A program made the position numbers and the translations under genes. A stretch of 64,000 bases of DNA, from positions 42,061 to 106,060 of the forward strand of contig CAVPYC010000003.1 in the NCBI GenBank assembly GCA_963709925.1, in the 5' to 3' direction. This DNA is from an uncultured Chloroflexia bacterium (lineage in GTDB: Bacteria > Chloroflexota > Anaerolineae > Anaerolineales > E44-bin32). Shown piece by piece: positions 26,527 to 37,631 of this stretch (positions are counted from its first letter, which is position 1; each line of letters begins with the position of its first letter). A model generated the notes under the pieces. That model had not been told where the DNA came from, did no database searches, and was given only the letters and a program-made list of their open reading frames with translations.

Positions 26527-27711
26527 GTGACCGCCCCAACGATCGCTTTGAGCTCCGAGGTCGCCGATCTGAAGCGTTCGGTGATGCGGGAACTGCTCGG
26601 CTTGGCGGTCGATCCAGGAATCCTGTCCCTTGCCGGCGGTTTGCCCGCCAGCGCGCTGCTGCCTCTGGAGCAGGTCCGGCAGTGCCTGGACGAGACCCTG
26701 CGAGATGACGGGCCACGGGCGCTCCAGTACAGCCCGCCCCATGAACCGTTGCGGGCCTGGATCGCCGACTGGATGGCGCAGCGCGGCGCGCCGTGTTCAC
26801 CCGAGGAGGTTTTTCTGACCGCGGGCGCCCAGCAGGGGCTGGCGCTGCTCTCGCGGCTGCTGCTCGATCGCGGCGACGCCGCGGTGGTCGAAGCGATCAC
26901 CTTCACCGGGGTCCAGCAGGTGACCGTGGGCCGCGGGGCCCGGGTGCGGCTGATCCCGACCGATCTGACCACCGGGGCCGACATGCAGGCGCTCGACCGG
27001 GCCCTGGCCGAGGAGCCTCGCCCGGGTCTGGCGATCCTGATCCCCGACTTCCACAATCCCCTGGGAGTTTCTCTCTCCGAAGACAAGCGCCGCCAGGCCG
27101 CCGCCCTCGCCGCCCACTATGGTGTGCCCTTGATCGAGGACGACCCGTACTCGGCGCTGCGTTTCGAGGGCCCGCCCCGGCCGCCGATCAAGGCCTTCGA
27201 CCAGGCGGGGCGGGTGTTCTACGTCGGATCGTTCTCCAAGATGATCGCCCCCGCCCTGCGCCTGGGCTGGGTCGTTGCGCCGGCGGAATTGATCGAGCGC
27301 ATCACCGTGCTGCGGGAGTCGCTCGACCTGGAGTCGTCGGGCCTGATCCAGCGCGCCGTCTACCGCTTTCTGGAGAAAGGGTTCCTCGAGCCCCATCTGG
27401 CACAACTCAACCGGGCGAACCGCGATCGCTGCGCCGTCCTCCAGAGAGAACTGGAACGCCGCTTCGGCCAAGACGCCAGTTGGACCCGCCCCGACGGCGG
27501 CCTGTTCGTCTGGCTCACGCTCCCGGAGGCGATCGACACCTGGGACTGCTTCCGGGAAGCGCTGCGAGCCAAGGTGGCTTACATCCCCGGCGCCGCCTTC
27601 GCCGTGGACGGCGGCGCCCGCAACACTCTTCGCCTCAACTTCTCCAACCTCGATCAAGACCGAATCCCCGAAGCCGTCGAGCGGCTGGCCAGCGCGCTTC
27701 GACCTTCCTGA
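26527..27711 (+). CDS. PLP-dependent aminotransferase (class I/II fold, 2-aminoadipate/aromatic aminotransferase-like)
   Basis: YVGSFSKMIAPALRLGW carries the SxSK lysine motif. IPDFHNPLG is present. The ORF is intact at 394 aa and lies directly upstream of the HPPD cluster. Confidence 0.8.
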   Translation: MTAPTIALSSEVADLKRSVMRELLGLAVDPGILSLAGGLPASALLPLEQVRQCLDETLRDDGPRALQYSPPHEPLRAWIADWMAQRGAPCSPEEVFLTAGAQQGLALLSRLLLDRGDAAVVEAITFTGVQQVTVGRGARVRLIPTDLTTGADMQALDRALAEEPRPGLAILIPDFHNPLGVSLSEDKRRQAAALAAHYGVPLIEDDPYSALRFEGPPRPPIKAFDQAGRVFYVGSFSKMIAPALRLGWVVAPAELIERITVLRESLDLESSGLIQRAVYRFLEKGFLEPHLAQLNRANRDRCAVLQRELERRFGQDASWTRPDGGLFVWLTLPEAIDTWDCFREALRAKVAYIPGAAFAVDGGARNTLRLNFSNLDQDRIPEAVERLASALRPS

Positions 27712-27921
27712 CGGAGAACTGCGGTCGAATCGTCTGTCCCGAGGCCCTGCCGGGGACTTCCGTCCACGCCCGGCTCGCCAGGTCGCGTCGGGCGACGAAC
27801 GCTCGCCGACCACCGAGGTTGGGCAGGAGTCGGTGGCGCCCAACGACACGGGGCATGCCGGGCCTGGCTTCAAGTCCCCGGCAGGGACATGAATCTCTGC
27901 AGCAGGCGTCCGGCCAAATGA

Positions 27922-27930
27922 TGATTTAAT
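27922..27930 (+). promoter_or_regulatory. Extended -10-like box TGATTTAAT upstream of the HPPD gene
   Basis: This AT-rich island sits in GC-rich DNA 42 nt before the ATG at 27972, which has a GGAAGGAG Shine-Dalgarno sequence. Confidence 0.4.
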
Positions 27931-27971
27931 AGGACCAGCCCTCTCCGCGTTGAGGTTGGAAGGAGCGTTGC

Positions 27972-29097
<1,126 letters not shown>

Positions 29098-29099
29098 GC

Positions 29100-30063
29100 G
29101 TGAGGCTGGTCACGTTCTCGCCAAGGGATAGGCCGGCCGCAGCCAGCCTGGGGATCCTGGAGAAGAACGGGCTGATCAACCTGGGCGGTACGCCCGGGTT
29201 GCCGGCCTCGATGATCGACCTGCTGCGCGCCGGCCCTTCGGCGTGGGAAGCGGTGCGCCGGGCGCAGGCCGGGGGCGGAGAGCGATGGAGCCTGGACCAG
29301 GTGCGCCTGCGGGCTCCGCTGGTCCGGCCCGCCAGCTTCCGCGACTTCTATGCGTTCGAGCGACACGTAGCGTCGTCCTTCTCCAACCGGGGCAAGATCG
29401 TGCCGCCCGAGTGGTACCGCTTCCCGGTCTTCTACTTCTCGAACCCGTCGGTGATCCTCGGTCCGGACGAGCCGGTGGCGGCCCCGCCCGGGTCACAGGC
29501 GCTCGACTTCGAGCTGGAGATCGCCTGCGTGATCGGCCTGGGCGGGCGCGACATCCCCGCCGAAGGAGCCGAGCGGCCACATCTTCGGGTTGGCTGTGAT
29601 GAACGACTGGTCGGCTCGCGATCTGCAGCGGGAGGAGATGCAGGTGGGGCTCGGGCCCGCCAAGGGCAAAGACTTCGCCACGTCGCTCGGGTCCCTGGCT
29701 GGTGACCCTCGACGAACTGGCCGACCGGGCCGCCGGCCGACCGGGCGTCTACGACCTGACGATGACCGCCAGGGTCAACGGGGCCGAGCGCTCGCGGGGC
29801 AACCTGGCCGAGATACACTACTCTTTCGGCGACATGATCGCCCGGGCTTCCGCCGGTGTCGACCTGGAGCCCGGGGATCTGATCGGGTCGGGCACGGTCG
29901 GGACGGGATGCTTGTTGGAGCTCACCCACGGCGAAGGCCCCTGGCTTCAACCGGGCGACGTGGTCGAACTGGAAGTCGAGCGATTGGGAATCCTGAGGAA
30001 CACAGTGATGGGGGCGGATCCCCCGCTTCCGGGCGAAGCGAGGGACGCTTCCCCCCAGGGTGA
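29100..30063 (+). CDS. Fumarylacetoacetate hydrolase family protein, at least two frame breaks (near 29575 and 29695); 3' boundary unresolved
   Basis: MRLVTFSPRD...FRDFYAFERH is read in ORF 29100, FGLAVMNDWSARDLQREEMQVGLGPAKGKDF in ORF 29590, and GSGTVGTGCLLEL...GILRNTV in ORF 29702. The last frame runs on without a stop into the HGD gene. Confidence 0.7.
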
Positions 30064-30073
30064 GGAGGCCGAG

Positions 30074-31238
30074 ATGCCGTTCTACCACCGCATGGGAGAG
30101 ACGCCGAAGCATCGTCATACCCAGTTCCGGCGCGCCGACGGCGGGCTGTACCGCGAAGAGGTGATGGGGCTGGAGGGGTTCTCGGGAATCCAGTCGATCC
30201 TGTACCATCATTTCCTTCCGCCCCGGCTGGTGCGTTCGGAAGACCTCGGTCTGGCCCGGCCGGCGTACACCGAATTCGGACCGCTGCGCCATCGCGCCTA
30301 TGCCACCGCCGAGCTGCCGGCCGGAGGCGATCCGGTGTCGGCCCGGCGCGTCCTGCTGGGGAACGCCGACGTCACCCTGGGGGTGAGCCGGCCGACCCAG
30401 AGCATGGAGTACTACTACCGCAATGCACAGGCCTACGAGGTCTGGTTCGCTCACGAAGGTTCGGGCGCGCTGCACACCCAGTTCGGCCGGCTGACATTCG
30501 GGCCCGGGGACTATCTGGTGATCCCCTACGGCACCACCTGGCGCATGGAGTTGAGCGGACCGGGCGCGTTTCTTCACCATCGAGGCCCCGTCGCAGATCG
30601 CCCCTCCCCGCCGCTACCGTAACGAGTTCGGCCAGCTGCTGGAGCATTCGCCGTACTGCGAACGCGACATCCGACCGCCGGAGACGCTGGAGAGTCACAC
30701 CGAAACCGGAGAGTTCGAGGTCAGGGTGAAGGCGCGCGACCACATCACCCGCCACGTGCTCGACCACCATCCGCTGGATGTGGTCGGCTGGGATGGCTAC
30801 CTGTACCCCTGGGCTTTCAGCATCCACGACTTCATGCCGATCACCGGCAAGGTGCACCAGCCGCCGCCGGCCCATCAGACCTTCCAGGGCGGCGGGTTCG
30901 TGGTCTGTTCCTTTGTGCCGCGCCTGTACGACTATCATCCCCAGGCGATCCCGGTGCCGTACAACCATTCCAACGTCAATTCCGACGAGGTGATCTACTA
31001 CTGCGACGGAAACTTCATGTCGCGCAAGGGTATCGAGCAGTACGACATCACCCTGCATCCGAGCGGCCTGCCCCACGGCCCGCAGCCGGGCGTGACCGAG
31101 GCCTCGATCGGGGTGAAAGAAACCCGAGAACTGGCGGTGATGGTGGATACCTTCCATCCTTTGCACGTGGCGCTGACGGCGTTGGAGCTGGAGAAGGGCG
31201 GGTACCAGGATTCTTACCTGGAGGGCGACGGTGGTTAG
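30074..31238 (+). CDS. hmgA: Homogentisate 1,2-dioxygenase (short cupin-type), one frame break near 30570-30600
   Basis: MPFYHRMGETPKHRHTQF follows a GAGGAGG Shine-Dalgarno sequence. The C-terminal part (ORF 30726..31238) reads PLDVVGWDGYLYPW...HQPPPAHQTFQ...PYNHSNVNSDEVIYY...LHPSGLPHGP. Confidence 0.7.
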
Positions 31239-31457
31239 AGCGGTGCCGGGCCTCGGCTCCGGGTTGCGCGCCACGCGGGGCCGAGATCGGGCTGTCGAGA
31301 CAGCAACCGCCGGCGGGCAAGGGGCGGCAGTGCCGCTCCCTGCCCTTACCTAGCTCCTCACCCGAGCCTCCGGAGCAGTCCACTCCACTCCGGCGAATCA
31401 CGGCGGCCCTCTCGGTCGCGAAGGGCAGCCCTGCGGCACCCCGACAAGGAGCAGCCG

Positions 31458-32091
31458 ATGGAAGCCGACCCCGCATCCCTGCCGTGGAGGTCCGTTTACA
31501 AACTGATGACCGGCTCGATCGTCCCCCGGCCGATCGGATGGATCTCGACCGTTGATCCGGCCGGGGCGGCCAACCTTGCGCCATTCTCGTTCTTCAACGG
31601 GGTGGCCTCACGTCCACCGACAGTGGTGTTCAGCCCGACCATTCGCTCGACCGATGGAGGTTCGAAGGACACTCTGCGCAACCTGCGCAGCACCGGGGAA
31701 TTCGTGGTCAACATCGTGACCGAGGCGCTGGCCGAGGCGATGGTCCTGACCTCGACCGAATTCCCGCCGGAAGTCGACGAGTTTCGCGCCGCCGGCCTCA
31801 CCGCCGTGCCCTCGGCATCGGTCTCGCCGCCGCGGGTGGCCGAGAGCCCGATCCATTTTGAGTGCACCGTGCAGCAGATCGTCGAGATCGGCTCCGGTCC
31901 CGGCGGCGGCTCGCTGGTGATCGGCCGCATCGTCCATCTCCACATCGACCAGGCGGTGTTGCTCGGGGACGACAAGATCGACCTGCGGGCGCTCGCGGCC
32001 GATTGGCCGGCTGGCCGGTGCAGCCTACTGCCGGGTGAGCGATGTCTTTGAAATCCCGCGACCGTCGTCGCAGCTGGTCCAGGGGGAGTGA
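31458..32091 (+). CDS. Flavin reductase family protein (FMN-binding split barrel), one frame break near 31990
   Basis: PRPIGWISTVD...NLAPFSFFNGV is present. The shifted tail PIGRLAGAAYCRVSDVFEIPRP ends at the TGA at 32089..32091. An AAGGAG Shine-Dalgarno sequence is present. Confidence 0.75.
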
Positions 32092-32903
32092 ACGCCGTGT
32101 CGGAAAGAACCGATCCGATCGTCACCCTGCTCACCGACTTCGGGCTGCGGGATGGCAATGTCGGGGTCATGAAGGGCGTGATCGTAGGGATCGCGCCGGC
32201 GGCCCGGCTGGTGGACCTGTCCCACCAGGTGCCTCCGCAGGATGTGCGCCAGGGAGCCTGGGTCCTCGACCGGGCCGCGCCGTACTTCCCGGCGGGGACA
32301 ATCCACCTGGCGGTGGTCGACCCCGGGGTGGGCACCGAGCGGCGACCGATGGCCGCCCGGATCGGGAGCCAGTTCTTTGTAGGCCCCGACAACGGGTTGG
32401 CCACCCGCCTGATCGCAAAGGCCGAGCGAGCCGGCCAGCGGTGCGACTTCGTCCAACTCGATCGGCCTGAGCGCTGGCTGGCCACCGTCAGCACGGTGTT
32501 CCACGGCCGCGACATCTTTGCGCCGGTGGCGGCGCACCTGGCCAACCGGGTCGGTCTGGTCGAGATCGGATCCCCCATGGACGACCCGGTCCGCCTGTCG
32601 CTGCCGCGGCCGGAGGCAACCGCCGAGGGCGTGCGCGGCGAGGTCGAGCACATCGATCACTTTGGCAACGTGCGTACCAACGTCGGGAGCGACGACTGCG
32701 CCGGGTGGGAGCCGGCGGTGATCCGGCTGCGGCAGACCGAGGTGCGCGGGTTGAGCCGGACCTTCGGGGAACGATCGCCCGGCGAGTTGATCGCCCTGTT
32801 CGGGAGCCATGGCGACCTGATCGTGGCCGAGGTGAACGGAAACGCCGCGGCCAGGTTGGAGGCGAAAGTGGGGGACAGCGTGGAAGTCTTGAGAGCGAAC
32901 TGA
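32088..32903 (+). CDS. SAM hydroxide adenosyltransferase family protein (DUF62)
   Basis: VTLLTDFGLRDGNVGVMKGV...HLAVVDPGVGTERRP...FVGPDNGL is typical of DUF62. The gene overlaps the previous stop. Confidence 0.75.
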   Translation: MNAVSERTDPIVTLLTDFGLRDGNVGVMKGVIVGIAPAARLVDLSHQVPPQDVRQGAWVLDRAAPYFPAGTIHLAVVDPGVGTERRPMAARIGSQFFVGPDNGLATRLIAKAERAGQRCDFVQLDRPERWLATVSTVFHGRDIFAPVAAHLANRVGLVEIGSPMDDPVRLSLPRPEATAEGVRGEVEHIDHFGNVRTNVGSDDCAGWEPAVIRLRQTEVRGLSRTFGERSPGELIALFGSHGDLIVAEVNGNAAARLEAKVGDSVEVLRAN

Positions 32904-32938
32904 GTTTCCCGAGAGCCGCAAGGGCTCTCGGGAGGATG

Positions 32939-34279
32939 TCACCTGAGCGGAAACTCGATCGCCGCCCGGATCGCCGTCGCCGTCACGGCGTCGGGGGCGA
33001 GGATCCATAAGGTTTGGTCGTGGGAACGCTCCAGGAGCACCGCGCCGAGCGACCAACTCCACGACCGGTCGGGCTGTTCGGTCCGTCGTTCGCCGAAACG
33101 CAAATCGGCATACGACCGGAACGCCTCGGTGAACTCGAAGGCGTCGAGCGACCGATCCCACGCCGTCAGCAGGATCAAGACCTGGCGGCCGTCTTCGTTG
33201 GCCAGGGCCGCGTAGGCGTCACCGCCCCAGCCGGCGGCGGCTTCGGCTGCTTCCCACTCCGGGATCTTCTGCTGCAGCACCAGGCGCGTGAACCACTCGC
33301 CCAGGACGTGGCGATCGAGCTCGCGCCAGCCGCCGCCGAGGGCGGCCGTCAACTCGGACAGATCCACCGGCACGACCGGCTCGCGGCCGTACAGTTCGGG
33401 ATGGAGGATGTGCTCGGTGGTCGTCGGGGGGTCGCGATAAGCTTCGTCCACGGCCGCCCAGCCGCCCTGGCGGAACAGGTGCTCGACGAATGCCAGCCCG
33501 TAGTCGTAGGGGAACAGGAAATCCTCCTGCAGATAGGCCGGTGCCGCGTCGAACACTTCGCCCGAGTAGTTGGCGATCGCCTGCGACAAGTCTTGCCAGT
33601 CCTGCTCGGTGGCGTAAGCCCGCCACCATTGCTCTTCGGCCAGCGTGGCGTCGCCCTCGATCAGAGCCGAGATGGCTGCGCAGCGCTCCGAATCGATTTC
33701 GCAGCCCTCGTCGCTGTAGCCCAGCCCCTGCCGCAGGTCGTAAACTTGATCCTGCAGAGCGTGGACGTATTCGTGGGCATAGGTCAGCCGTTCGGCCCCG
33801 CCCCAGCGAGCGCCGACCACGTACATCGTCTTCACCTCCGGGTCGTAATACCCGGCGATCTGTTCTTCGTACAGGTCGGCGTACAGGCCCCACAGATCGT
33901 AGCCCGGCTCGATCAGCCCCATTAACGCCAGCACCTGAGAGTCGTCGGCGGCCTCTTCCCGGGTGTAGTCGGCCAGGAAGTCATCCAGCACGTGCTGACG
34001 CATCCGGTCGGGCGGCAGGAGTTCCCGGGCCAGGGGGCCGGTAGGATACAGCCCGCGCACCGTCGAAACCTGGGTGTGGATGCGTTCCATGTCGGGGAGC
34101 GGGTCGATGGTGGGAGCGGGGATCTCGGCAGCAGCGTCTGGCGAGGGCGAAGCGGCGGCCGGCGGCGCAGGCGAGGCGACCGGAGGCGCGATGCGTTCGA
34201 CCACCGAGCATGCGAGCAGCGTCGCTGCGGCAGCCACAAGCCACAGATGTGTCCGGGGGCTGAGGGGAGGGACCGTCAT
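32939..34279 (-). CDS. Secreted lipoprotein with an HExxH zinc-metallopeptidase motif
   Basis: It has a lipobox LLAC and the motif AHEYVHALQD followed by EGDATLAEE. The ATG at 34279 is preferred over the TTG at 34294. Confidence 0.6.
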   Translation of the reverse strand: MTVPPLSPRTHLWLVAAAATLLACSVVERIAPPVASPAPPAAASPSPDAAAEIPAPTIDPLPDMERIHTQVSTVRGLYPTGPLARELLPPDRMRQHVLDDFLADYTREEAADDSQVLALMGLIEPGYDLWGLYADLYEEQIAGYYDPEVKTMYVVGARWGGAERLTYAHEYVHALQDQVYDLRQGLGYSDEGCEIDSERCAAISALIEGDATLAEEQWWRAYATEQDWQDLSQAIANYSGEVFDAAPAYLQEDFLFPYDYGLAFVEHLFRQGGWAAVDEAYRDPPTTTEHILHPELYGREPVVPVDLSELTAALGGGWRELDRHVLGEWFTRLVLQQKIPEWEAAEAAAGWGGDAYAALANEDGRQVLILLTAWDRSLDAFEFTEAFRSYADLRFGERRTEQPDRSWSWSLGAVLLERSHDQTLWILAPDAVTATAIRAAIEFPLR

Positions 34280-34333
34280 CGTCCTGGAGTCCAAGCCGCC
34301 GGGAGGCGGACGCCTCCCGCAAGCAAGGCGGCG

Positions 34334-34342
34334 ATTGTAGCA
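34334..34342 (-). promoter_or_regulatory. Extended -10 box TGCTACAAT upstream of the metallopeptidase-like gene
   Basis: The reverse complement of attgtagca is TGCTACAAT, the same 9-mer as at 4398..4406. It lies about 55 nt upstream of the ATG at 34279. Confidence 0.5.
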
Positions 34343-34361
34343 CTTGGACCTGGGCCGGGTC

Positions 34362-35972
34362 TCAGGCGGCGTGCGGGTCGTGCTCGTTTGCGGTCCAGGG
34401 AGTCGGGCTGAAAGAGCGCGACCACAGGCTGCGGTAGGCCTCGGCCTCCGTCTCCCATCGCTGGTTGTCCCATCCCAGTTCCGTCTGGGCGATCTTCCGC
34501 ACGCTGTCGAGCAGAGGCAGGCCTCCTTCGGGCAGGAGCAGACCGAGGCGCACCCGGCGCAGCAGAAGGTCGTCGAGGTGGACTACGCCCTCGGCACGTG
34601 CCGCCCAACGAACTTCAGCCCACAAGGAGACCCCGTCGCCGGCGGGAGAGAACTCACCCGGCTGAGCGGCGGCCGCCAGGCGCGGGGTGTCGGCGCCGTA
34701 GCGCCCGACCAGGCGCGTGCAGGCCGCCGGAGCCAGGGGCGCCTCCAGACACGATTCCGGGGGCGGTGCGTCCAGCATGCGTTCCCGCAGCCGCCAGGGT
34801 ATCCGGCCCGGGAGCCGGCGTCGCCCGAACCGCAGCGAGCGAACGGCCATCCGGCGGAAGGTCGTCAACTTGCCGCCGGTCACCGTCATCAGGCCGTTCT
34901 CCATCCACAAGACGGCCTCGCGCGATTCTCGCGACGGGTTGGGCTTGCCCGTGTCGAGCACGGCCCGCACTCCGGCGAAGGATGCTCGAACGTCGGCCGG
35001 CGAGAGGCCCGCGCCGGGGAAGGCGGAGCGAGCCGCCGCGAGCAGGTAGTCGGCCTCTTCCGGGCTGATGGCCGGGTCGCGCACAGGTTCGCCCGAGAGA
35101 GGGATGTCGGTCGTGCCGATCAAGGTGACGCCCTCCCAGGGGAAGACGAACACCGGCCTGCCGTCGGCGGGATGGAGCAGACCCACGGCGCGCGGCAGGG
35201 GCAGGCGTTCGAAAGGAAAGAGCAGATGGCTGCCCCGCAACAGGCGAAGGCGTGGCGGCCCGCCGGCCATCCCGCGAAGAGCGTCGGCCCAGGCGCCGGT
35301 GGCGTTGACCACCAACGGCGACAGGGCCTCGGCGGTCCGGCCCCCGGCTCCGGGCGCATCATCGCACAACGCGATCCCCGCCACCTGACCCCGCGCGTCG
35401 CGCAGCAGGCCCACCGCCGGTGCGTAGTTCAAAGCCGTGCCACCGGCCGCCACCGCCTCGCGCAAGACCCGCAGCACCAGCCGGGCGTCGTCGGTCTGGG
35501 CGTCCAGGTAGCGATACCCGCCGCGCAGACCCTGGCGACGCAGCGGCGGACACAGGCCCACCAGCCCGTCCGGGGGATAGTGACGGTGCTGCCACTTCAG
35601 GGCCAGCAGGTCGTAGACCGCCAGCCCGATCCCAAAGAGCCATCCCGGCAGACGGTCGCCTTCGAAACTCGGCATCAGGAACGGGAGCTGACCCACCAGG
35701 CCGCGCCCTTCTCGCAACAGGCGTTCGCGCTCCCGCACCGAGTCGATCGTCATGCCGATCTGCAAGTTGCGCAGGTAGCGCAGTCCGCCGTGAATCAGTT
35801 TGGACGAGCGACTGGAGGTGCCCCCGGCGAAGTCGTCGGCTTCGACCAGCAAGGTGCGCAGGCCGAGGTGGGTCGCCTCCCGCAACAGGCCGGCGCCGGT
35901 GATTCCGCCGCCGACCACGATCAGGTCCCAGGGGCTGCGCAGGCCGATCCCAGATCTGGTCGCGCCATCCCC
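34362..35972 (-). CDS. glpD: FAD-dependent glycerol-3-phosphate dehydrogenase, frame break near 35945 at the N-terminus
   Basis: DLIVVGGGITGAG, GGTSSRSSKLIHGGLRYL and a C-terminal GlpD-type domain are present. The ATG at 35972 gives MWTRGWRDQIWDR and then shifts into LRSPWDLIVVGGG. Confidence 0.8.
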   Translation of the reverse strand, partial: GDGATRSGIGLRSPWDLIVVGGGITGAGLLREATHLGLRTLLVEADDFAGGTSSRSSKLIHGGLRYLRNLQIGMTIDSVRERERLLREGRGLVGQLPFLMPSFEGDRLPGWLFGIGLAVYDLLALKWQHRHYPPDGLVGLCPPLRRQGLRGGYRYLDAQTDDARLVLRVLREAVAAGGTALNYAPAVGLLRDARGQVAGIALCDDAPGAGGRTAEALSPLVVNATGAWADALRGMAGGPPRLRLLRGSHLLFPFERLPLPRAVGLLHPADGRPVFVFPWEGVTLIGTTDIPLSGEPVRDPAISPEEADYLLAAARSAFPGAGLSPADVRASFAGVRAVLDTGKPNPSRESREAVLWMENGLMTVTGGKLTTFRRMAVRSLRFGRRRLPGRIPWRLRERMLDAPPPESCLEAPLAPAACTRLVGRYGADTPRLAAAAQPGEFSPAGDGVSLWAEVRWAARAEGVVHLDDLLLRRVRLGLLLPEGGLPLLDSVRKIAQTELGWDNQRWETEAEAYRSLWSRSFSPTPWTANEHDPHAA

Positions 35973-35977
35973 GGGTC

Positions 35978-37544
35978 CACATGTCGGTCAGACCAGCAGT
36001 TTCCCGGGGTTCAACAGCCCACGGGGATCGCACGCGCGAACGGCGGCCTTCAGCAATGCCAATGCCGACCGTTCCCTTTTCCTGTTCGAGGAATGGCAGG
36101 TGATCCACACCTACTCCATGCTGATGGCTGATCGTCCCGCCATGGGCCAGCAACGCCTCGGCTGGCAAGGGTCTTCAGGCGGCGCCAGCGCTCGAGGGTC
36201 TGTTCAGGATCCGGGTGACGGCGGAACAGATAGGTGGCGTACAGGCTGGCGCCGCTGGGATAGGCGTGCGACAGATGGGCGAAGGCCAGCACACGCTCGG
36301 TTTCACCCTCGAGTCCGCCCCGCAGGGCTTCGAGTACGGCCCGTGCGCCGGGCTCCAGGCGGTTCCAGGCGAAGGCGGTTTCGAGTGTGTCGGTGGCGTA
36401 GCCGGCTTCCCATAGCGTGTTGCGCAGGTACGGCGCCCGGAAACGGTTCTTCTGCCACTGCTTCCCGATCGATCGCCCCACCAGGAACGCCCCGGGCCCG
36501 CCGCCAGAGGTCGCATCGGAAGCGGAGATCAGCAGGCAGGGGTCGGCACCGGAACCGGTGAGGCGCAGGGCGGCGGACAACCAGCGGGTCGTCGAGGGTC
36601 TTCCGGCGAGCAGGAGCGTCGTATGTGTCTCCGACGGATCGCTCAACCGCAGCAAGGAAGCGCGGCTGCCGGCCTGGATCTCATTCCGCACTGCCGCCAG
36701 CCCTTCCTCCCACGACCGGTAGAAGCGGGCACCGAACCGTTCCCGCTCGGGTCGAGGCCGAATCCGGACCGTCGCCCGGGTGAGGAAGCCGAGTCGTCCC
36801 TCGCTGCCGAGCACCAGATGGCGCAGGTCGGGGCCGGCCGCACTGGCCGGGTGCGGCGACAGATCGATCCGGCCGGCCGGAGTCTCCAGGCGGCCCCCGG
36901 CGAACAAGTCTTCGATTCGCCCGTACCCGAGCGATTGCTGACCGGTCGAGCGGCTGGCGATCCAGCCTCCGAGGGTCGAGTACTCGAACGACTGTGGGAA
37001 ATGGCCCAGGGTCATTCCGTGCTGTGCGAGCGCGCGTTCCAGGGACGGGCCGGTGACACCGGCCTGAAACGTGGCAAGGCGGCTGACCGGATCCAGATCG
37101 AGCAGTCGGTGCATCCGCTGCAGGTCCACGGTCAGAACCGGGCGCGAGCCCTCCAGCGGGTTGATGTGGCCCACCACGCTGGTTCCGCCGCCGTAAGGGA
37201 TCAGGTGGATCTCGTGCCGATCGGCGAACTCGAGCAGACGCAGAACATCCTCTTCGGACTGCGGGAAGGCGACCCCATCGGGGTAGATCTTGATCTGGCC
37301 CGAGCGGAGTGCGATCCAGTCGGGAAGGCTCTGGCCGCGTGCGTGTCGCAATCGGATTTCGGGTTCGGTGGAAATCTCCGCGGTCGGAGTGCAGGCGAGC
37401 AGCCGGCACCGACTTCAGGGCCGAGGCCAGGGTGCAATCTGGGGTGATCGAGCCAGGCCCGAGGGCGTGTTCCAGGTGGGAGATGGCCTCCGTCGAAAGC
37501 GGGTAGTCCTCGTCGGATTCACCCCAACCGTTCCAGCGCCGCAT
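35978..37544 (-). pseudogene. FAD-linked oxidase, alkyldihydroxyacetonephosphate-synthase-like, at least three frame breaks
   Basis: The N-terminus is MRRWNGWGESDEDYPL (ATG at 37544). The core (ORF 36050..37351) contains IPYGGGTSVVGH. The tail reads GTISHQHGVGVDH, then DPRGLLNPGKLLV, ending at 35978. Breaks lie near 37380, 36170 and 36060. Confidence 0.7.
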
Positions 37545-37631
37545 CGTTTCTCCCCGAACGCCGCCGCGCCCCGGTTCCTGTGTGGTCAGTCTACAACCGA
37601 CCGGGGCCGACAAACGTCCGGGGCGGTGGCG

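Noticed and set aside
31300-31345. An imperfect hairpin, gggcaaggggcggca-g-tgccgctccctgccc, after the HGD gene as a terminator.
   Set aside because: The stem has internal mismatches, the loop is essentially 1 nt, and there is no U-tract. The support is too weak to annotate.
34344-36131. A 595-aa forward ORF.
   Set aside because: It is antisense to glpD and the end of the FAD oxidase. The composition is Arg/Gly/Ala/Gln-rich with no recognisable domain.
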